DNA of 64,000 nt from Kudoa neothunni (lineage: Eukaryota; Animalia; Cnidaria): contig OZ199839.1 in assembly GCA_964304625.1 (NCBI GenBank), positions 2,296,093 through 2,360,092 of the forward strand, written 5' to 3'. Below, piece after piece: positions 25,155 through 38,507 of the stretch. The notes under the pieces were generated by a model, which was not told the origin of the DNA, did not search any database, and saw only the letters and a program-made list of their open reading frames with translations. The number at the start of each line of letters is the position of its first letter. Position 1 is the first letter of the stretch. Made by a program: the position numbers and the translations under genes.

Positions 25155-27927
25155 CACTTTACTGCACAAACTGGGTCCAATGGACCCAGTTAGTAAAATT
25201 GGACTTAAAGCTGTCCATCTGATTATAAATATGTCATAAATATACAAGAAAATTTCTTATTGGTTTATTTTTAATATCATGTTAATAATTTATTACTACG
25301 CTGTAACAAAATAAGATATAACATGACGCTATTATTGACGTGGATGATAGCACAAATATAATAGTGTGAATTTTTAATTTTATAATAAACATAAAAAATA
25401 AATGAAAATTCTTACATAAAACTGAATAATTTCGTTGAAAAACTTTTTTCTTCATTTTATACAGATCGTCTTAGTTTTTATGTCTGTTTATAGGGACACA
25501 ACCGGCATCTTCCTTTTTCACCCTTTCTCTAGCAATTTGATGGTTCGATAAGCCAAAGGTCACTATTTTCGTTACCGTATGTTTTCAACAATTTCATCAA
25601 CTAAATTTTGTAAATATTGGCGCCTTGTACGGTTTTTATATGTTAATTTAAATTTATTATATTTTTCCAAATATACAACCATTGAGTTATAACTGGCAAT
25701 GTCGATAATATAGAATATTGCAAGTGGCCATCTCGGAGTTCTTCTCCTCACAGTGTAGAATCGAATAAGTGGATCAAGAACATCTACTCCAGCCTTAGTT
25801 TGGTTATAATAATGTACTATTTCGAGTTTCCCATCTTCCTCAATGTTATTGTCGTTGTGTAGAGAACTGAAAAGCAAAACAGACTTATTTTGGATTTTCA
25901 GAAAACTTATCAAGTGTGATTCTATCACGGAAAAGCAACTGAGATCCAACTTCTTTTTTATTCTGTTGGAAGCACGTAGGTAAAAATTAATTGGTCTCTC
26001 TCACAGTTCCAACTAGGGCTGTCTTACGGCCACAAATATTTTTCCAGGTTTAAACATGTGAAAAAATTGTCAGTAGTTATAGTTCTACCTTTATCTATAC
26101 AAAAGTTTGCGAGTTCTCTGACAACTCGTTCCCTTGATTTACCTCGGGACCATTTAATGACCTATCGGTATAAATTTGAGCGTTACACAAGTAAGCATTT
26201 TTGGCATCCGCCTGGACCCAGATCTTGATGCCATATTTTCCTGGTTTACTCGGTATATAAGTTTTGAAATTCACATGACCCCTTTTTGTGCAAAGCCGTT
26301 CATTTACTTTTAATTGCCCAGATGGTATGTAGTTATTTCAGCAATTATTGATAAATAAATCCCCTGCAAAACTAATTTGTGAGGCTGTTCTCAGAGGGTC
26401 ACGCTCCACGCGATCATCAGGGCGAATATTTTCAGAGATAATTATATATCTTCGATATGATATTACTATAAAATATATAAATGTTATCTCTACATATTTA
26501 TATTTAAATTTTATTACTTTTCGATAAAAACGATAAACCTTTTTCTTTAATCAATAACTCTTGTAATGAAGAGGGTTTGTTTTTCATTATTCCTAGATAT
26601 GAATTTGCATCTATCCATTTCCAAACATCAGAATCATTAATTTTTAATTTATTGTTTCTCTTTTCAATAAAATTGTTTGACTAAATTATTATTTTTGAAA
26701 TAATATCATCTCCAATGAAACTTTTGAATGAAGTCAATGGCGAAAATATTTTTACCTTAACTTCATTGGGAATTTTAGATTTATAATTTGATACAATATT
26801 GTGGTTACGTGTTCAAGCCGCCCTAGTTGGTATTTTCGACTCCCATTTAATTAATTTGTCTGATGACAACTGAGTTTCCTCTTGAGATCGTTCAATATCA
26901 AAAATATTCTCCGCCTGGACAATACGGCATAGTGGTGTTAGGTCGAGATCGCATAACATGAATGAGGTTGCGAGTTCGAAGCCTAATCCGGACGTTCCTG
27001 TACTCCTAATCCGAAATTAAGTAGGATGGCTGTAGTAATCGCCAGGATCTACGATTTATTGTAGTCTTGCTTTGCAACTGGGAAATGAGCCTGGTGGAAG
27101 GGTAGAACTCAGGCGATCATAAACGCTGGGGTACAATAACGACATACAACCCAGTAGGGGGTTTCTGTAGAGCCGACGTCCGCATTCAGACGACATTCTC
27201 AGATTAATTCTGGGTTAGTCCAGGGTATGGTTGGGATGGTGGTTGCTCCTAAACGAGGCTGTTTAGTGGATTAAAATCCCACACTACCGCATACACGTAA
27301 GTCGCCTTAATATGACGTTGCGGTGTCAAAACCGTAAATGGAGAAGGCCTAACCAGCCCGAACTTCACGACCTAACAAATTGCGCCAGAGTTTTGACCTT
27401 GTAAAAAAAAAGAATGAAATATTCTCCAAATCGCTTGAAACTGGTTCTTATAGAATGTTATCTATTTTTTCATCTGGTGATAGATTTTCATCCATGTTAG
27501 AATCTTCTGAGTTTTATATATTCATTTTTATTGCATTATCAAAAGTTAACATTCTATACAGATTAGCAGCTACATGAAGGCAACAAAAGATTAATTTGTT
27601 ACTATCCTTAATAATAACTATTCCTAGATATTTTGACATAGAAGATTATAATTTTATTTATAATTAATTATATTATAATTAAAAATTTTAGAAGTTATGG
27701 CAATGTACGCAACAACTTATAATTTTTTAACATGGCTCGAAAAAACTAACAAAGATGCAATTATATAGAGATATTTTATTTTAATGATGTCAAATCTGGA
27801 TTTTTAGATTTTTTATTCAATGTATATATTTCGTTGTTTTATTGTTTGTATTAGTTTTTATTTGTTTAAAGGCGCTAATTTTTGTTATTCTATTGGGTTC
27901 ATTGGACCCAGTTTGTATTTAAGAGGG
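25155..27927 (-). mobile_element. piggyBac transposon, near full length with a decayed transposase
   Basis: Subterminal inverted repeat acaaactgggtccaatg(g/a)accca at 25166-25188 and 27894-27916; AGGG end at 27927. Peptides YIPSKPGKYGIKIW, ITTDNFF and YNQTKAGVDVLD..RWPLAIF. Confidence 0.88.
26913..27416 (+). mobile_element. tRNA-derived SINE with A-rich tail and 11-bp TSD
   Basis: TSD aaatattctcc at 26902-26912 and 27417-27427. A-box-like cggcatagtgg and B-box-like gagttcgaagcc in the head, A9 near the 3' end, and much higher GC than the flanks. Confidence 0.82.
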
Positions 27928-28142
27928 TGGAATTTTTTTCGGTTAAATAATAATCCACAGATACGTTATTTGACCATATAAATATGAATAAAAATGCAAC
28001 AAAATAATTAAAGAAGTTAGAATAAATTTGGACTTTCTGACTCCATTGAGTGAGCCATAATGTAAGCAACAACCATGCTGTGGGTTCAAAGGACCAGAGT
28101 ATAAATACAAATGTTAGTGCAATTATTCGCTTTTCTAAAAGA

Positions 28143-28840
28143 TCTACTATATTTAGCAAATCGGAAATCCGTGTGTATGTACGCATTTTTCATTCTTTAT
28201 AGAGAGACATATCACTCCATTTGAACACACATATGGAAAGATAAAATTTTATTTAAATACAGAGAAATACATAAAAAAATTAGAAAAGGTTTGCATCCTG
28301 TAAAATGACAAAAAACATTTTCATGATATAAGATGCATATGATTAGAGGATTTATGCAAACATATAGATCATTTCGTTAAAGTTATAAAAAGTTAATTTT
28401 AAGTGTATCATAGTGTTTATTTTATTTTAAAATTATTGGAAATTAATTTGGTAACTGAATTAATTCAAATAAGGAAGGTTATATTAGGTTATGTAACCCA
28501 ACATTAATGTGGAATTCATCTGTTGATGTTTAACCAGATTAGTCTTTTTCATATGGTATGATTTAGAGATTACTGTGAATATCAAAAATAAAATCGATAT
28601 TTTCGGAGTTCTAAGTAGGAAATTTTAAACGCTCGGTAGTGTTTATTCGTTTCTAAAAATATTAAATAAGGTTCATAGGCCTAATTAATTAAATAAATCA
28701 TCCGTTAATTGGATAATCTTTGTACTATTTATCTAAATATTCTTAATTTACTTTGAACTTCAAATGAACTTGGCCTACTCAAAGCTTTAGCCCTCTTGGC
28801 TGGGGAAGGAAGCCCATGTGAAGCGGGGATTTTGTGCTAG
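28143..28840 (+). mobile_element. Complete ~700-bp non-autonomous Helitron
   Basis: A|TCTACTATATTTAG ... cccatgtgaagcggg hairpin ... gtgCTAG|T; homologous to 920-1463 (minus). Confidence 0.85.
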
Positions 28841-29456
28841 TATATATAGATATTTTTTAACAAGGAACAAAATATATTAAAATTATATAAGAATTCAAAA
28901 TATCAGATTTAGTAAATTTTTAGATTCTTCTTTATAATCCTTAATTACATAAGAAATTCAAACTTGGTTTAAAAAAAGGGAATGTCAAATATTTTAAACT
29001 CCCAGATCACTCCGCAATCAGTAAAAAAGTATAAATAGTATAAATCTATCTAAAAAACTTATGTAATTAATCATCATAAAGAAAATTCGTGCAATAAGAT
29101 TAATGAGAAAAAACTAGCTTTACTAATTATCGTAAATATTTAAAGAGAAATTTAAGATGCTACCAGCTGTTGCTTTCGTATATAATTGAGCTTTTTGGTT
29201 ATTAAATATCAATTAAAAATTTACTATTGTTCAATTTAAGTAATAAAACTTTTTTTAAAGGGTTTGGCATAGATATAACTCACTTTGGACGATATACTAT
29301 TGCAACAATGTGTCAGATGACGTTTGATTCGAAGTAATAAAGTTTATTTATTTACGTATATAATTATAATTAATAAAAGGTTTTTTCAATTATTTAAAAA
29401 GTATAAGAGTTGAATAATATTTTTTTGCGATTGAAAAGTAAAAAAGCGATTATATT

Positions 29457-29658
29457 TGTTATAGTTTGGGATTAAGGCCGCGCAAAAGAAAGAGAACTGG
29501 AATAAAATAGACTAAAGGTAGTGATGGTATTCCTCCCAGTTTAGTCGTGTCTATGTATATCTCCGTAGCGTGGGCCCCGCGTCGGTCTCCACCGGGTCTC
29601 CCACCCGGGAACGACTTCCCTCTTTATTGTGAAGGATCGTGATTCTCGGATTATGACA
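29457..29658. mobile_element. Solo LTR (202 bp)
   Basis: TGTTATA...TATGACA termini, perfect 5-bp TSD ATATT (29452-29456 and 29659-29663), internal AATAAA at 29501 and a GC-rich core. Confidence 0.82.
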
Positions 29659-30026
29659 ATATTCTCAAATGTATTCGTGCATTTTTGCATAGTTACAAAT
29701 CAAAAATTATTTATAATTTTATTCCAAGTTAATTTAATTGTCAAGTTTAAAAAAATTATAGTTATTTCAAATTGTGGGTTTAAAAAAATCAAGTCGTTCA
29801 GTCAAATGATATATAAATTACCGGAACATTAATATGAGAATTCATTTCCAGGGTATTTCTACCGAAATTATTACGACTATAAAATCCTTAGATATCGAGT
29901 CTTTTTTAGTTTGAATCAAGAAAATCCTATTATCTAATTTAAGACTTCACACCTATTACCTAGGCGTCTTTATCCTCGGGGGATCTATTTTGATTATATT
30001 TTTTGAATTAAATATACAGCCTTAAG

Positions 30027-32353
30027 ATGAAATTTGGATCAAAATACATCGCTCCCATTAATCAACCGCTATTTAATGTATATCTCAGAAGTAGATATGG
30101 ATGGAATGTTTTAAAGAGACTTTGCTCTACTGAAAATAAAGATTCTACCAAAATAAATTATCCTTATAATAATACATTCTCCAAATATATAACCAACAAT
30201 TTCGAGATAATTAATGATGATAAATCCAATACCCCAATAAAAATGTACCAGCTATTAGATAAAGACTCCAATCTACACTCTTCAACAACAAATCAGGAAG
30301 TAAATTCTCTAGCATTAATCTTACTATAAATCTTGTTAATTAAGGGAAATTTCCAATTGTATCAAAATATACTTTCGAATGCAATACAAATTAGGATACT
30401 GGATGACATTCTTTACCATTGTCAACGTCAAGTAGCACTTATACCTATATAAATATAAATTTATACATTCTAAAATAAAAATAGGGAAGATTATCTTTCT
30501 ATTTACAAGCCAAGGGGGAAGAAATTGCGATAATTGCAAGTTGTTTGAGTTTACAACCAAATGATATGATATTCTCTCAATATAGAGAACTAGGTAAGTG
30601 AGAGATTGACTTGCTTATTAAAATATATTAATTTATTTTTTAACGCCTAGAAATATGAGTTTTACGATATGGAATATAAAAATCTTCTTTGTAGTTTATT
30701 TAAATAAAAATTAATTCTACATGAATACTTTAGGTCAAATGTTAGATTCACATCTATTAGGTCTGTTTAATAAGGTCTTAATTTTCCTTGAATCATGTTA
30801 AATTCTTACAGTTGTGTAATTTGGATACAAAACATATTTAAAATATTTAAGTTGATAAAATTAATCACATCCAATTAATGTAAATTTTGTTTGAATATTA
30901 AATTAATTTAGAATAAACGTATTATTTAATTTCTGATAAAAAATAAAAAAATAAAATTTTAGTTATTTTAATATATTAATTGTTATGAAGCAAAATAAAT
31001 GAATGATGTCTAGTTTTTTTCAAATAATATCTGAATATAACATACTGAGAATAATTTCTATGTGATATTTTTCCAATTAATTCATTGGAAAATATCGTTT
31101 CACTGTTAATTACAATAAATAGTATCTTAAATATATGTAAATAAATTAAATTACACATTTTAACCAATTATTTATACTCAAAAATTCAATCTTGAATTAA
31201 AATATGAAAGTATATAACATTCGGACTATTATCTTCTGTGGTCGGATAGGAGCTCTCTACAGCAGAGGATATTCATTGGAAGACATTTTGAGTCATATGT
31301 TTGCGACAAAGGATGACCATATAAAAGGCAGACAAATGCCACTACATTTTTCAGTACCTAAGTTATTTTGGTATTCAATATCTTCCCCATTGGCCACACA
31401 AATCCCCCAAGGTATAATATTTGGTTTAATGAATGATTTCTTCAAGACTATTTTAGCTGTTGGTTATTCATATGCGGAAAAACTCAAGAACACAAACCGT
31501 ATTGTCGCCACATATTTTGGAGAAGGGGCGGCCAGTGAAGGCGATTGTATGACCGCCATGAATTTCGCCTCAGTGTTAAATTGTTCAATTTTATTTATAT
31601 GGTATAGTAATTTTCATTTTTATGTAAAATATTATACTAATTTAAACAAATCCAACACGTCTAGTCGCAATAATGATTATGCTATTTCGACACCGTCATC
31701 CGAGCAATACAAAGGGGACGGGATAAGTAATAATGGGTTGAGTGAACGATTTTATTATTTGTTTTATAGTTTCCAGAACAGCTGGATTCAATATGGCATC
31801 GGCAAGAGTTGATGGTTGTGACGCGCTGGCTATTTATTCCGCCATCACAAAAGCAAGGGAATATATTCTCAAAAATCGACGCCCATTTTTGATAGAACTG
31901 ATGGCTTACAGGTAATAGATTTTAAACTTTGAATTGATCTGATACATTACCTCTTTCTTTGAATAGAGTAAGTCACCATAGTACAAGTGATGACTCCACA
32001 TATTATAGAAATGCCGAAGAAATACAACATTTCCTTGACAACTATGATGGCATCAAACGCTTAAGGTAAGCTGAAAAGGGTAATTGTAATTTTTATTATC
32101 TATTAGAGAATATCTTATCAAAAACAATCACTGGGATGTGGATAAAGAGAAACAAAACAACTTGATTTTTAAAGAACGACTTCTCAAACTCATAAAACAA
32201 GCCGAAAACTCAACCTATCCTCCTATAGAAAGCATGTTTGATGATGTCTACGATGTGATTCATCCTAGACTGCTGAAACAGAAACAGTTGTTATTCAAAC
32301 ATTTAGAAAATTACTCCTCAATGTATCCTAACTACAATAAATTTACCAAATAA
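30027..32353 (+). CDS. BCKDHA: Branched-chain 2-oxoacid dehydrogenase E1 alpha subunit (mitochondrial)
   Basis: Spliced QRQ|GRLSFY..GEE, QYRELG, KGRQMPLHF, ISSPLATQIPQ, the ThDP motif YFGEGAASEGD..RNNDYAIST, YRVSHHSTSDDS, and MFDDVYD. The N-terminus is transit-peptide-like. Confidence 0.95.
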
Positions 32354-34487
32354 TACCCAACTCACTTGGAATAGATATTTCATATGTATTCTTATTCAGA
32401 AAATACATTTAGACATATATCTACTATAATATTCATCATGAGATTGTTATTTGACCAAATATATTTTTTTTATATTTTCGAAGCAATCTCACTAATGTAT
32501 TTAATTATCCTGTAAAGGTCTTATGAGCATAAATGCTTGAAGATTTCAATGAATTAATCTATATACTAATAAGTAACAACATTAATTTTTTTTGTCTTTC
32601 TTTGAATGTTTCAAGTGCGACGCTCTTAATTTAATCCATTAATCCTCAACAAATTTAGAAAGTAAATTTTTAAATTTATTTTTATTTTTACTAATAAAAA
32701 TTTGAATTTTTTTAGCTAGAAATAATTATCTTAAATATTATAGTTTAATTTTTTACAAGAAAACCCAATATCGAATCCTTACTTACTTATTAGGTATATT
32801 CGTAAATTAGATCCATTTTTTTGATTAATTCTGTTACATCTTAAATTTAGAGAAAAATAATCCTTTAAATATTTTGTTTCGCTCATTGGAAATGTATTAA
32901 AAGTCTGTATACTACCTTATACATTCTTAGATGTTATAACCAACAAATTGTTGACCTATCTGTCGATTTCCTGATAGAATCGGAAAATGATGGCACCAAT
33001 ATTAATTATAGTTTTTTTATACGGCGGATAAGGAATGCCCTAAGTTTCCGAGATTTAGATAAGAAGCCAGAATATGTAAAGGATGATTATTGATACTTTT
33101 AATCAACGGGATCTAAGAATCGATAAAAGTGTGATTCACATCTAACCTATTTTATATGATAAAAATAAAAATTTATTTCACGTCAAGCTAAAAACCTATA
33201 GACTAAACAATCTATTTGATTAGTTAAGTTAATTCCATGCTTGAAATATAAAGAAATTAGTATATTTAACAATTAAATGAATATTCTAAAAGTTAAAGCG
33301 TTCAAATGATTAATTAAGTATATTTTGAAAAATAAAATATTATTTCATATAACACTAAAAATATTCAAGTGATCCCAAATTACTAAGGCCTAACTCTTGT
33401 TTTTCAGGCAAATAATCATACTCAACTGCTACATAATGACGCAATTTTGCAGCTCATGTGTATTAAAGCGTTGGTTGAATTTTTATCAGTTGAATTGATC
33501 CAAAATTTAAAAATATACGGAAATTGATTAAATATACCTATGAGCTTTTGTTCTAACGGCCGAAAACATGAAATGATGTATGAGTGTGCATATCAAAATT
33601 AATTATTCTTTATATTTCTATTTTGATTTTTTGATTTTTTCAAACGGACAACACAGTAACATGGACAAATTTTATATTCTTTACAAAACAGTAATTTTAA
33701 ATTTCATGTCCATTAAAAAATGGCACCAATTCCGAACATTTTCGATTTCTTTTGAGAATCTATTTCTTAAAATTATTATTATCTCATTATATAAATTATT
33801 ATCAAAACTTCATCATTAAACTGAGATAAGATAAAGTAGTAACAAAATAATAAGGTTGCCATGACAACCAATTCTTCTGAAGACGTTTATTATCATTTCT
33901 GGTCAAAATTTAAGATAGATTTAGATGAAAAATATTTTTAAAAAGAGAGAAAAATTAAAAAAATTGTAGAAAAACAACATTATTTATATAATATGTAATT
34001 CATAAGTAATGGAAAGATAATATTTATCATCTTAAACACAAATTTTCAATATAAATGCAACAATTATCATTTCTAACAAGACTATGCTTGGTTTGAACCT
34101 GTTTTTTCAAATATAAATTTAAAAACACAATAATAATATTTTTATCGGTAGATAGTTTTTAAAATTTCTCCGAATTTTTTACTTATAGTCATTCTTATTT
34201 TAGAAGCTCATGGGAAACATACGTATTTTATTAGAGCATGCGAATGTTTACATTGCATGAATAGATTAACACAAGGTAAACATGATTCTTTTTGTTCTAG
34301 TTTATTTCATATTTTTTACATAATATCAGGGCATAATGAAAACTTTGTCTTCATCTAGCTATAACGAAGTTTTATAAGTCGATGAAATATAAGTTTACTT
34401 GTATCATGTTATAAAATTTAACAAATTTTTCATAGAGATGTCTTATGTCCCCTACTGTTTTTAATCCCTGTACTTAATTTGATTATA

Positions 34488-34557
34488 CAATCGAACCTCG
34501 ATTATCTGGAAAGAAAATCACTGGTACCAAATATTCCGGATAATCGAGGTTAGATTG
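34488..34557. mobile_element. 70-bp pogo/Tigger-type mini-MITE
   Basis: TA|CAATCGAACCTCGATTATCTGGAA ... TTCCGGATAATCGAGGTTAGATTG|TA: 24-bp TIR with 2 mismatches and a TA TSD. Confidence 0.85.
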
Positions 34558-36879
34558 TAGTGAATTAACCCCATTCCCATGATAACGGCGCTATAAAACA
34601 TAAATAATCAATTATAACGAATTTTGAGAATTATTTTTCTATAATTTTCCTTAAAATAGGAGTTAAGGTGATTATTAAAAATTTGAGTGTATGCGCCAAT
34701 GACGTTGAAGATCTAATTTTTACAGTTTTATAGTACCAATGAGAACTGAAATAATTTACCAACTAAGCTTTCTATTCATCTAATAGATTGTAATCCTATT
34801 TGCTATTTAAAATATATTACTCAAATTTGGATTTTGTTTGAATATAGATTAAATAAACTCATAACATATATGGTCATTTTTCAACGTCATCAAATATGTA
34901 AACGATAAAAATGAGCTTATACGAAAATATTGGATAACAATTCAGACTTTGGCAAAGCCATGCCCCCAATATAATTCAATGAAATTCATATAAATGCAAC
35001 GCGCACGCATCGCCTATTAGCTTATGAGCAACGCTGGGCCCCCTATGAAAAATTTCTCCGATACTTCTTCTGAGGAGTCCGAAGTTGAATGTCTATTTAA
35101 TTTTCGTGATACCAACAATTTTACAACAAACCCGTAGATTTAGTAGATGAATCGAATTATGTGGAAAGGAAATTTGTATGTACAAAATCGATACACTTAC
35201 TGGAGAAAATGTTTAATAGTTTTAAAACAAAGTCAGTTCAGTTCGTGTACAGCAAACATCCACATTTTTAATTTAGACTATTCAAACAACGAATGAGTTA
35301 TTTCGATATTCGTATACACGAAATCAATTGCCGTATTTTATTTTAGCGCGAGTTTCTAAACACACCCATTCAATATAGTCAGAGATGAGGTGCTTGTTGA
35401 TTGTTACAAAAGATTCGAAGAGAAATACTTGGAGGAATATGAAATTGTTGGTAAAATTTGACTGATTGAATGTACAAGTTTGAGTTGTTATATTTAGATA
35501 AAAAATATGAGCAAAAAGTAGCCTGATTTGGTGGATAATAGGTGGTGATTAGTGACTTTTAGTTGGTGTGCAACGAGGAATCTTACCAACTACAGATCGA
35601 AAGTATCAAGTTGTTGTTTGCAGAAACGATTAGAAGATTGCGTTACAAAACTCGTCAATCATTGGCCGAAATCATAAAAATCTATATGTTAAATTGCGGT
35701 AATTTTGAGTGTGGTTCTTGTTTTAAGTTGTCCAAAAGAACTCAATCAAATGAGTGATTACCTCGAAGCCAACAATAATTTTCATCTATTGTGTGACGCT
35801 ACTGAATTCGGTAGTTTAGTTGACAGTGTTAATTTAATTAAATTGGAACTTTTTATTGACAATAGATCCTAGACAGATTATTCGTGAACTGCCACCCGAA
35901 CAACAAACTAACGATTTAGTCGAGCTCCAAAAAGTGAATTCTATTATTGTGAATTATTGATTAATTTATTTCCAATTAGATTGTTAATCGGTTTCGCCTA
36001 TGAGTTCATCCAATTCTGTCTATTTTCACCTCAATTCTCTTAATATATATATCTGATTGTATTTAGTTGATTGTGACATATTTTTTTATTTATTCAAAAT
36101 CATTTATATTCAAATTCATTATTGAAATGCCGATAATTACCATTTTTTCCAAAGATACAAATAATGACCAGTTTAAGTTACATAGTTTTACAGATAAAGG
36201 CAATTATAATAATTTAAAATTTAATTTTTATTCATGGTAACAACTTTTTTAATTGTTCAAAATTTAGAGGAAAGTTTTTAAAGAGGGTATTTTATTATGG
36301 AAGTGGTTATTGCAATGGAGCATGATATCCAGGTGCCATTCCATTATTCGACTACATATTATTATTTTGGTAATGTTTATTGGCCCGACGTCGGGTCAAT
36401 AGCAACTTCCGATCGACTGAGACTATTGGGCCGAACAAATGGATTTATTTAATTTTCGAGCTTTTTATTATAGTAAATCTGTGTTGTTTGATATAAAACA
36501 ACTCGCAATTGTCAACTTAATTTTTTTATTGGTTAAAAATATTCGGTATAATGCAATATGGTTTCGACTAAATGGGCCTTAAGAAGTCTTTATATTGAGT
36601 TTATGAGTTATTTATTTATTCAAGTGAACATTTTTAGTTCTGATTTAACTTTTAATTATCTGTGTAACTAAAATTTTTATTTTAATAGTTTTAATTTTAC
36701 CGTAAAGTGCGTTGATTTGATTGTAATCATCCCCTTATGTTGTAATACAAAATTATTGTATAAAAATGTAGGATTTTTCACAAGACCAAAAACATAAAGT
36801 CTATAGTTGTTGTATTTAAAGATATTTGGTCATAGTAAAAGAAAAATTTTGATTTTACTACTACGCGCGTGTTTACGAA

Positions 36880-38340
36880 ATGAGATTGCCTGAACTTAAT
36901 GCGATTTTTCAAACCGGAAATACTTTTAGCATTTTTGAGGAGTTAAAGTTGAAAATAGAAGAATACGAACAAAACTCCATGGGTAGTTTATCTATATATG
37001 ACCCTTAAACCATCGAAAGAACTAAGAAGCGATGTAATAAAACGTTAAATCCAATACTTTAGTTTTATCATACAAAATACTGCTGGGTTCATCGCGACAA
37101 AAACTTAATTTCTTCAAAAATTTAAATAAATTTTGTATATGCATTAAAGTTTGAAAACATGCAGTTGTTATTTTAGAGAAAACGATCTGTTGGTAAAAGA
37201 AATTCGAATTCTTATTACAAAGCATGTCCAATGTTTCTAAAATTTTCGGTCACAATTTTTACATAGTAGAAATAAAATATCAAAGGACGAAAGTGATCTT
37301 ATCGCTCAATTTGTTCAAGTTGACGGAAATTCAAAAGTAATCCAAGAAAAAATATTACGAGAAATGGGAACTTTGTTTCATTGAATAAAGTGTCTAACAT
37401 GAAGCACTCTTGTAAATCACATACAAAGAGCCTGTAATTTTAAAAAAATTCAAATAGAAAAGGAAGATATTTAGAGATATGGGAAATCAACAATGAGCCC
37501 ATAGGCTGTGACATATGTCTTCAATCGAGCTATTTTCAATGCCAACATATTAAACTGAACCCCTCATCAAATATTAGAGTTGTATGAATTGTAAAACAGA
37601 AGAGTGATACTAGGAGAAATTATGATAAAAAAGCTTTCGTTTAATTCATATGCTATTTAAATATATCTTATACCGTCAGGAATATGTATTTTAGCCATCT
37701 ATAAGATGGTATTTATGTTACGATAATTGAAAAGGATTCGTTTATCAAATACGTTCAATCAATTTTACAAAATTCATATAGTCATGTAATAGAAATAGAA
37801 TTCATGAGAACATCTGTGTGATACATGGCTTGGTGAAAAAAGTCAGTCCAACATTTTTGAATAAAATCACCAATAAAAAGTTATATATTTAAACGTTGAA
37901 AATAATGTTTGAAATATGAATAAAATTGTTATAGTGGATAATAACAACTATATATTTTAATTGAGAACATTAAATTTCAACTAGTACCGTCAAAATTCAG
38001 TTTGTATGCTAAGTCTAAATAAGGGAGTATGTGAAGTGTCCTTATTAGATGACATTAAATTAGGTATAAATCAATTCAGAAATATTGAAAATAGCAAATA
38101 ACATGATTACAACAATGAATCCATTTAAAACTATGAATACAACACGGAGATATCATATCAGAAAATTATTATTGCACAATACGTGGAATGAATAAATTTC
38201 TTAATGATGAAAAATCATAAAAACATTTCATTCAAATGTTAAACTAGTTTATGAAGAAAATAGATCATTTACCGCGATAAATAACAATAATGACGAGGAT
38301 TGGTCTTCCCTAAGTAACGCCTTATATCACAGATTCCTAA
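36880..38340 (+). pseudogene. Highly decayed Mutator-like (MULE/ZSWIM3-type) transposase
   Basis: Fragments GNTFSIFEELKLKIEEYEQ, GHN and DLIAQFVQVDGNSKVIQEKILREMG, with many stops. The related motif tcggg(t/c)caat(a/g)gcaact occurs near 36391 and 38448. Confidence 0.45.
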
Positions 38341-38507
38341 AGACAAAATTCTTTTATTTTTTTCACATTAATATATAATCCATTTTAATAATTTTTTGAA
38401 TCATTAAAATTTAAAAAGAATCCCCTAAATAGGTAAAAACAATTTTTTCGGGCCAATGGCAACTCCCATAAAAAAAATATGGTTTTAATTAAAATGAAGG
38501 AATTATT

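Noticed and set aside
26913-27000. tRNA gene
   Set aside because: A/B boxes are present but no clean cloverleaf; it is the head of a TSD-flanked SINE.
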